DNA of 32,000 nucleotides from an uncultured Chloroflexia bacterium (GTDB lineage Bacteria; Chloroflexota; Anaerolineae; Anaerolineales; Anaerolineaceae): NCBI GenBank assembly GCA_963704755.1, contig OY969938.1, positions 3,510,001 to 3,542,000 of the forward strand, read 5' to 3'. Shown piece by piece: positions 26,521 to 32,000 of this stretch (position 1 is its first letter; each line of letters starts with the position of its first letter). The notes under the pieces were generated by a model. It saw only the letters and a program-made list of their open reading frames with translations, ran no database searches and was not told where the DNA came from. The position numbers and the translations under genes were made by a program.

Positions 26521-26596
26521 AAACCGCTTATAAATACCTGTACTCTTACAAAAATTGGGTCCATAAAAATACCGTCAAGATTTTGCCGGTTCCCCC

Positions 26597-26920
26597 TCAG
26601 GAAAGCCGGATCGATAACAGGGTCCCGATCAACGCGGAGGAGCCCCAATAACAAATAAACGCGATCAGCAGGAGCGAGAACCCCAAAACGACCAGCTCGG
26701 CCGGGGAGGCTTTGGCCGTCTCGATTTTCTTGGAAAGGCTCACCGGCAGAATTGGGGCTAGGGAGGGGAAATCCAGGTTTTCGAGCTGTTCGCTGTTGAT
26801 TTGCAGCTCGGCCGCCGTTTGCATGAGCGGGTTGCGCGGCCGGATAATCAATTGGAAGTCTTTATTTTCCAGGGGGCTAAAAACCCCGGTTTCGGCGGCG
26901 TAATAAACTTCGCTGACCAC
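26597..26920 (-). CDS. Hypothetical small protein with C-terminal TM helix (possibly the 3' part of the gene at 26877-27596)
   Basis: 107-aa ORF with a GTG start and no clear SD. C-terminal hydrophobic segment ELVVLGFSLLLIAFICYWGSSALIGTLL. It overlaps the upstream ORF by 44 nt in another frame. Confidence 0.4.
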   Translation of the reverse strand: MVSEVYYAAETGVFSPLENKDFQLIIRPRNPLMQTAAELQINSEQLENLDFPSLAPILPVSLSKKIETAKASPAELVVLGFSLLLIAFICYWGSSALIGTLLSIRLS

Positions 26921-27596
26921 CTGGCCGAACTGGGCCAGGGCATGTGGACCCGAATTCGGCCGGTTTCGAGCCGGGTTTGCCGGTGGTTGTGCTTTTCAAG
27001 CGGCCGGCGCTGAATTTCAACTGCTCGCCGGAAGCGGCCAGTTGTTTGGGCTTTTCCATGGCGTTGTTGGCGGCGTTTTGGCCGCTGCGGATGGTATTGG
27101 CCACCTCTTGAAAGGGCCCTTTGATCGACTTGGGCAGGACGGCCGCCAGAGCCGAGCTGATGCCGGCGATTGCGCCGGCGATGGTGCGCACCACAGAAAT
27201 TTTTTGCCTCGCGCTGGTCTTGAGGGCATCCCCCGGCCGGGATTTTTTGCCTTTAGCTTTGGATTTCTGCGGTGTGGGTTCGACCAGGACCGTTTTTTCG
27301 ACCCTTTTCAGTTCCAGGGGACGCTCGGTGTCCATCCAGATGGGTTGGAAGCGCTTTTCCAGGCGGCCAAAGCGTGCGCTCAACCAGAATGCGGCCTCCA
27401 GGTTGCTGCGATTTTCCAGGTAAACCGGCAGGCTGACCTGCTTGCGCTTTTGCAGCAGGCGCCAGCCGAGATAGATGGCGCCCAGCCAGAGGGCCAGCGC
27501 GATCAGGGCGATCAAGATGCAGGCCACGACAATCATGGCGTGGATGAACTGCGGGGAAGCGATAAAGGCACTGAAGCGAGAAAAAAGATGGCTCAT
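26877..27596 (-). CDS. Hypothetical Lys-rich membrane protein
   Basis: 239-aa ORF starting 6 nt after the FHA-like gene stop. N-terminal TM IHAMIVVACILIALIALALWLGAIYLGW. The last ~25 aa are Arg/Pro-rich (GSTCPGPVRPGGQRSLLRRRNRGF) and look out of frame. Confidence 0.55.
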   Translation of the reverse strand: MSHLFSRFSAFIASPQFIHAMIVVACILIALIALALWLGAIYLGWRLLQKRKQVSLPVYLENRSNLEAAFWLSARFGRLEKRFQPIWMDTERPLELKRVEKTVLVEPTPQKSKAKGKKSRPGDALKTSARQKISVVRTIAGAIAGISSALAAVLPKSIKGPFQEVANTIRSGQNAANNAMEKPKQLAASGEQLKFSAGRLKSTTTGKPGSKPAEFGSTCPGPVRPGGQRSLLRRRNRGF

Positions 27597-27602
27597 GAAG
27601 GG

Positions 27603-28589
27603 TCAGCCTTTCTTTTCGAGGAAATCGCCGGTGGTGGCTTTCATCACCTTGACCGACGAAAGGTCCAGGCGAGTGGACTTGCCGGCCGCAGTCCCGGCTG
27701 CCAGGCCCGGCTGCGGTGTTTCAGCGGGTTCTATGGCCAGGGCCTCGACGGGGATCGGGGCCGGCTCAGGCTCGACGGGTGAGGAAGGCGCCGCGAGGAC
27801 GGGCTCGGCTGCCGGGACTGCCGGACCGATGCCTGGGGCGGCATACCCGGGCTGTTTAACTTCCGGCGGCTCGGGCGGCTCGAAGGAAAGGCTTTGCCGG
27901 TAGTACGGCAGCACCTTGATGTTCTGCTCGATGGTGATGGTCTCGCCGGGATAGACCTCCGGGGCGGAGATATACAGGCGGATCAATTGCCGGCCGGCCG
28001 GCGGGGTGAACCCGCGATGGAAGATGCGGATGTCGCAGCTTTCTTCGCCGCCGATCGAAATCAGCGGGGGCGGCGAGATTTCGTAGCTTTCCTCGGGCAG
28101 CCCCTCCAGGGCGACCTCGAACTGGCAGGCTTCGCTGCCCAGGTTTTGCAGGGAAAGATGCCCCACCAGGCAGCCACCCGGGCGTAAAATGTTATCGGAA
28201 AGCACCAGGCGCATGCCCATGCGGCGCTGGACCTGTTCCAACACGGCCTGCCTTTCGATGTGGGGTTTATTGACCTGGAACGCGATGGTGAGCTGGCCGA
28301 CGTGCAGCCGGGCGGAATCGGATATATCGACCAGCTTGCCGGGAGAGAAAACCAGGCTTTCGCCGTTCATTTCAATGAGGATATCCTCGATCGAAAGGTT
28401 GATCAGCCGGATGTACTCTTCGGAGGGGGTGTTGACGACCTGGATATGGTAGGCAGCCAGGCCCTCGGCCTCCTGCAGGCGGATGAGGGTATCTTCGGCT
28501 GTGCCGATCCAATGGACCCCCGCGCCGAGCTGATAGGGCTTTTGCCAGCCAGATTCGTTCGTGACGATTACAGTGACGTTTTCTTCCAT
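27603..28589 (-). CDS. FHA-like domain protein with beta-sandwich domain and Pro/Ala-rich C-terminal tail
   Basis: The ORF is open from ATG 28721, but 28590-28681 is AT-rich and looks non-coding, so ATG 28589 (MEENVTVIVTNESGW) is preferred. FHA-like WIGTAEDTLIRLQEAEGLAAYHIQV...IEMNGESL. The beta-sandwich (LQNLGSEACQFEVALEGLPEESYEISPPPLISIGGEESCDIRIF) is paralogous to aa 160-250 of the giant protein. Confidence 0.7.
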   Translation of the reverse strand: MEENVTVIVTNESGWQKPYQLGAGVHWIGTAEDTLIRLQEAEGLAAYHIQVVNTPSEEYIRLINLSIEDILIEMNGESLVFSPGKLVDISDSARLHVGQLTIAFQVNKPHIERQAVLEQVQRRMGMRLVLSDNILRPGGCLVGHLSLQNLGSEACQFEVALEGLPEESYEISPPPLISIGGEESCDIRIFHRGFTPPAGRQLIRLYISAPEVYPGETITIEQNIKVLPYYRQSLSFEPPEPPEVKQPGYAAPGIGPAVPAAEPVLAAPSSPVEPEPAPIPVEALAIEPAETPQPGLAAGTAAGKSTRLDLSSVKVMKATTGDFLEKKG

Positions 28590-28681
28590 TTTTTGCTTTT
28601 GGGTTCCAGGTTTGCTCGTGTCGATAGTCTTTTGAAGAATGTTCAGGTAATTTCTCGGGCCAAGATTACCTAAATTTATCG

Positions 28682-29800
28682 TTACGGCTCCAATAAGAAT
28701 TGCAGCAGGTTGGCGCCCCATTCGAGCGCGTCACGGATGGCGCCGCGCGATAATGGCGGTTCGGCGGGCTGGTTGCTCCAGACGGCGCCGTAACCCTGGG
28801 TCGTGGCCAGGATGCCGGGTGCGGCGAACCACAAATCGATGGAGTCGCCGGCAAAACCGCCCGCAGGCGGCGCCTGGAAGAGATAAGGCGCCTGGAAAGC
28901 GGGGTGCTCGGGGGTCACTTTTTCCAGGTTCACGTTTAAGGTCGCGAGCAATTCCTCGAGGTCATTCTGCCCGGCCAGCTCGCCGAATTCGACCAGCAAT
29001 TTTCCACCGTTCTGGACGAAGCTCTGTAACAATTCCACCTCGGGCGGCGCGAAACTGGCGCCTTTGGCCGCGACAATATAAAGCAGGCGGTAGGCAAAGA
29101 TCGCTTTGTTGAGCGGTACGTTGTTTTCAGGGATGATGTGCAGGCGGGTGGAGCGGCTCAGGGTGGGGGCCAGGTAGACAAAAGCCTTGTCGTAAGTGCG
29201 GGCCGGAACCTCGCCCAGGTAAACCACCCCGGCCAGGACCTGCTCGACCGGCGCCGGGCAGACCGGCTCGCGGAAGCGCAGGTCGATCTCGTTGACCTGC
29301 GGCGATTGGCGGTCCTGGGCGTCGCTGACGGCCGATTGGGGGTCCTTGCGGTCGATGCGGGCCAGCTCGACGAAAGGTACGTTCAATTCATCGGCCCGGG
29401 CGACGATGACGAATTCATCTTGCAAATAAGCCGGGGCGTTGGTCTCTTCGGCTTCGGCTGCCTGGGCTTTGACATCCCGGTGCATCAGCAGCAGGCGCAG
29501 CTTACCGGCGATGTTGTGACCCAGGTCGTAGGCCACCGGCTCGGACAGGACGATCATACGGCCGGCGCTGTCGATGGCCACCCCGGGCAGGATGAACAGG
29601 ACCGTATCGGCCGGGTCACTGGCCATCACTTCCAGCCCGGTTACAATCCCCGCGCCGTGCAGGAAATACTGGTGGGCGTTCAGCATTTCGTGGTGATAAT
29701 TATGCGATTCGGACCAGACCTCGGCCGTGATCGACATGCCGTCGTAGGGGGCGATGTGTTTTTTGGGGACGAGCGAGTAGTTATCCTTCATGGTGTCCAT
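28682..29800 (-). CDS. CIS-associated hypothetical protein; the C-terminal half resembles a DUF4159/class-I-amidotransferase-like fold
   Basis: 372 aa. It overlaps the stop of the gpI-like gene by 20 nt (or 11 nt from ATG 29791). N-terminal conserved-looking block: LHGAGIVTGLEVMASDPADTVLFILPGVAIDSAGRMIVL. C-terminal block: AIFAYRLLYIVAAKGASFAPPEVELLQSFVQNGGKLLVEF...VTPEHPAFQAPYLF. This is similar in logic to DUF4159 (YPFLYMTG...LR.YL..GGFL...HP). The assignment is from memory only. Confidence 0.6.
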   Translation of the reverse strand: MDTMKDNYSLVPKKHIAPYDGMSITAEVWSESHNYHHEMLNAHQYFLHGAGIVTGLEVMASDPADTVLFILPGVAIDSAGRMIVLSEPVAYDLGHNIAGKLRLLLMHRDVKAQAAEAEETNAPAYLQDEFVIVARADELNVPFVELARIDRKDPQSAVSDAQDRQSPQVNEIDLRFREPVCPAPVEQVLAGVVYLGEVPARTYDKAFVYLAPTLSRSTRLHIIPENNVPLNKAIFAYRLLYIVAAKGASFAPPEVELLQSFVQNGGKLLVEFGELAGQNDLEELLATLNVNLEKVTPEHPAFQAPYLFQAPPAGGFAGDSIDLWFAAPGILATTQGYGAVWSNQPAEPPLSRGAIRDALEWGANLLQFLLEP

Positions 29801-30746
29801 TCATTTCTTCAAAGTATTCGATTTCGAGAGAATATACGGCATGGGCAGGCTTGACCATTGAAATCAATGATTCGATCCGTTTGGTATACTGCTGGCGTTC
29901 CTGCTCGTCGCGGTGCAGGTGCGCCGGCACCTGCAGGTGAACGTCGAATGAAAACGGCCGGTTGTGAGTGCCCAGGGCAATCTGATACCCCAGGAAGGTA
30001 TCCTGGCCCAGGACAAAATTGCGGTCGCGGTGCTCGCGGATACTCACCTGGCCGGAGGTGTATAAACTGAGGAACTCGCTCATGGCCTGGCAGGTGCCAT
30101 TTTGCGCCAGGATCGGCGCGATTTTGGCGACCAGGGCGCGTTGGCGCTCGACCGGCAGGTCCTGGTCGAGGTCGAGCCCAAACCAGGAGCCCAGCCAGGG
30201 CAGGAAAGCCGGTGGGGCCAGGTTGGGGTCGAAGTAACAGTCGACCTGGTCGATTTGGCCGGAGATGGGCTTCCAGAAGCTGTCGATCAGCATCAGAAAG
30301 CGGTTGGTGAGATCGTCCCGGTTATAGATCTCGGGCAAATAACGCATCGACTCGGCGGTCCGGTTGACCAGGATGCGCTGCTCCACCCGCGCGACCGGGT
30401 GGCCGGCCGGGTCGAATAGGCCGGCCTGGCAGGGCAGGTAACCCTGGGGGGCATTCAAGTCCACGCGGGCCAGGACGACCAGTTCGTCCGCGGCCGGCCG
30501 GCAGCCGGGTTTCCAATCCCATTCCAGAACGATCTTGTTCTCGGTCTCGCTGGCGTACACCGGGGGATGGCCGCCAGCGTCCAGGAGGTGGAAGTCGTCG
30601 AGCTTGAACAGATCCGGGAGGACGAGCTGCGCATAGCCGTTAAAACCGGGGTCCTGGATTTCTAAGCGCAGGTGGAATTCCACCGTCTCGCTCGGGTAAC
30701 AGGTATAGCGGCTGGCTGCAAAGGCTAAGGTTTCTGGCAATTCCAT
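29781..30746 (-). CDS. Phage tail protein I-like baseplate protein (P2 gpI / TIGR02242 / Afp12-Cis12-like)
   Basis: The ORF is open from 31031, but its first 95 codons overlap the baseplate J gene and are Arg/Gly/Pro-rich. ATG 30746 lies 5 nt after that gene's stop. Signature: YLPEIYNRDDLTNRFLMLIDSFWKPISGQIDQVDCYFDPNLAPPAFLPWLGSWFGLDLDQDLPVERQRALV. Confidence 0.85.
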   Translation of the reverse strand: MELPETLAFAASRYTCYPSETVEFHLRLEIQDPGFNGYAQLVLPDLFKLDDFHLLDAGGHPPVYASETENKIVLEWDWKPGCRPAADELVVLARVDLNAPQGYLPCQAGLFDPAGHPVARVEQRILVNRTAESMRYLPEIYNRDDLTNRFLMLIDSFWKPISGQIDQVDCYFDPNLAPPAFLPWLGSWFGLDLDQDLPVERQRALVAKIAPILAQNGTCQAMSEFLSLYTSGQVSIREHRDRNFVLGQDTFLGYQIALGTHNRPFSFDVHLQVPAHLHRDEQERQQYTKRIESLISMVKPAHAVYSLEIEYFEEMNGHHEG

Positions 30747-30751
30747 GGCGG

Positions 30752-32000
30752 TTAACTGTTCTTCCCGGTCATATGGGGCATTTCGACGATGGTGACCTGG
30801 TGTTCGAGCGAGCAGACTAACCCGTTTTCCGCTATCCACAGAACGCGGCCCTGTAAGGGCTCGAGCGGTTCTTCCGGGTCGATTTCGTCCACATGCAGGC
30901 GCTCGTGTTCCGGGTCCACCGGGCGCGTATTGAGCTGGACGTCCACCACGTATTTCACCCCCGGCACGCGCTGGATTAGCGAGGAAATTTCGGCCAGGAA
31001 CAGCCCGCGCCCGAAAGGCCAGCCCTCCCAATCGGCAGGCAGCAGTTCGTCGTATTCGCCGCCGGGGATCGCAATCGGCGAGAGGTAGCGCTTGAGGCAG
31101 TTGATGACCCGCGCCTGGACCAGCTCGGGCGAGTTGAAATCATCCACCACGATCTCGACCTGGGCCTGGACGCCCACGTATTTGGGCTCGCGGATCTGGA
31201 TCGAGGTGGTCAGCAGGCGGTATTGGTTGAGGTAGGCTTTGGCGTCTTTGACGAAATTGGAGGGCAGCCCCAGGTTGTACAGGTCGCCGGCCATCAATGA
31301 ATCGGCCACGGACGGCACGACCAGCAGCTCGACCGTGCCCGGCTTGAGCCCGCTGGTTTCGTCCTGGGGCGAGAGGCACTTGACCCGCGCTACGCTGCCG
31401 CTGAAGTTCTTGACCAGCAACTCGTAATCCTGAACCGTCACGGCCCGTTTTTGGGCCTGGAGTTCGCGCTGGGCGCGCATCTTGATCTCTTCCAGGGTCT
31501 CCTGGTCGCGGCCGCCGCTGGCGCGGTGCAGGTTGTTGACCCGCGCGAGGTAGGCATAGGAAGCGGTCAATACCTGCAGTGAGTTTTCAGGCACGTTGCC
31601 CTGCGAGCCGCTGCCGAAGCGGTAGCGGTGGAAGCGCACCCCGCGGCCGTTCTCGGGAATGCGGCCGTACTGGCGGATGGTGCCGTCCGGCTGGCGCACG
31701 GCCGGCCCCAGTGAGACCGTCCCGTTGGCCGGGTCGAGCTTGAAATGGCGGTCGAAAAGGGTCGAATTGGCAAAGCTCTGCACACAGGTCCAGGACACGA
31801 AAACCGTCTCGTCGTTGCGGTTCTCTTCGATTTCCAGAGTCTCGCCTTCTTGCAGCGACAGCACGGGGAAGTTTTGCAGGTGGAACTCCTGGCCCGGGTC
31901 GCCGTTGCTCTGGCCGAGGTGTTCGTTATCCACCACCTGCGAATGAGTGGCCGAAATGGTCACGCCGATCGATTCGGCCGTCAGCGAGACGATGCGCGGG
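30752..32000 (-). CDS. Baseplate J-like protein (T4 gp6 / P2 gpJ / Afp11-Cis11-like), 5' end outside the window
   Basis: The frame is open to base 31999 (PRIVSLTAESIGVTISATH...). Signature: FHRYRFGSGSQGNVPENSLQVL...VNNLHRASGGRDQETLEEIKMRAQRELQAQKRAVTVQDYELLV. This matches the Baseplate_J pattern Y..GgG..GNV...GG.D.Es...R....RAVT..DYE. Confidence 0.85.
   Translation of the reverse strand, partial: PRIVSLTAESIGVTISATHSQVVDNEHLGQSNGDPGQEFHLQNFPVLSLQEGETLEIEENRNDETVFVSWTCVQSFANSTLFDRHFKLDPANGTVSLGPAVRQPDGTIRQYGRIPENGRGVRFHRYRFGSGSQGNVPENSLQVLTASYAYLARVNNLHRASGGRDQETLEEIKMRAQRELQAQKRAVTVQDYELLVKNFSGSVARVKCLSPQDETSGLKPGTVELLVVPSVADSLMAGDLYNLGLPSNFVKDAKAYLNQYRLLTTSIQIREPKYVGVQAQVEIVVDDFNSPELVQARVINCLKRYLSPIAIPGGEYDELLPADWEGWPFGRGLFLAEISSLIQRVPGVKYVVDVQLNTRPVDPEHERLHVDEIDPEEPLEPLQGRVLWIAENGLVCSLEHQVTIVEMPHMTGKNS

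Noticed and set aside
28590-28721. N-terminal 44-codon extension of the FHA-like ORF
   Set aside because: This stretch is AT-rich with AT-ending codons, unlike the surrounding genes, and it would overlap the upstream gene by 40 nt. ATG 28589 is preferred, although it lacks an obvious SD.
27042-29854. Plus-strand ORFs 27042-27782, 27475-27903, 28260-28673, 29138-29854
   Set aside because: They are antisense to the tightly packed minus-strand array. Their composition is Gly/Arg/Asp-rich and low-complexity.
30747-31031. N-terminal 95-codon extension of the gpI-like ORF
   Set aside because: It overlaps the Baseplate_J-like gene in another frame and is Arg/Gly/Pro-rich. ATG 30746, 5 nt after the upstream stop, gives a sensible start.

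Overview
Densely coding, moderately GC-rich bacterial chromosomal window. I saw no rRNA, tRNA or CRISPR array. All functional calls come from motif recognition by eye; no database search was run.

The window has three blocks:

1. **322-10260 (+).** A ROK-family regulator is followed by a CUT2-type sugar ABC transporter (two permeases, a lipoprotein binding protein, a tandem-domain ATPase). The transporter is translationally coupled (TAATG and ATGGATAA overlaps) to a three-subunit xanthine-dehydrogenase/CO-dehydrogenase-family molybdo-flavo-FeS enzyme.
2. **10761-17727 (+).** A methyl-accepting chemotaxis protein, a 7TM-GGDEF diguanylate cyclase, and a cassette of two Ddl-family ATP-grasp genes plus a RimI-like GNAT. 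The second ATP-grasp gene looks catalytically degenerate and overlaps the first by 95 nt.
3. **17889-32000 (-).** The distal end of a phage-tail-like contractile injection system (CIS) locus (Baseplate_J-like, P2 gpI-like). It runs directly into an unusual co-directional accessory array:
   - an unknown 372-aa protein
   - an FHA-like protein
   - small membrane ORFs
   - a 1643-aa FHA-like/TM/Ig-repeat giant
   - an acidic 188-aa ORF
   - an orphan LivJ-type lipoprotein
   - a membrane-anchored SLT-like muramidase

Block 3 is my best candidate for an undescribed system: an envelope-anchoring or regulatory module for a CIS.

Intergenic regions carry a family of at least five palindromic REP/MITE-like elements, with core CCCGAATTTGAGGTGTnTGCGAGGGC-GAA-GCCCTCGCAnACACCTCAAATTCGGG.

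Two ORF pairs in the CIS block look like frameshift-split genes.

The host is possibly a monoderm-type lineage such as Chloroflexota. This is inferred only from Thr/Pro/Ala-rich linkers after lipoboxes and cannot be verified here.
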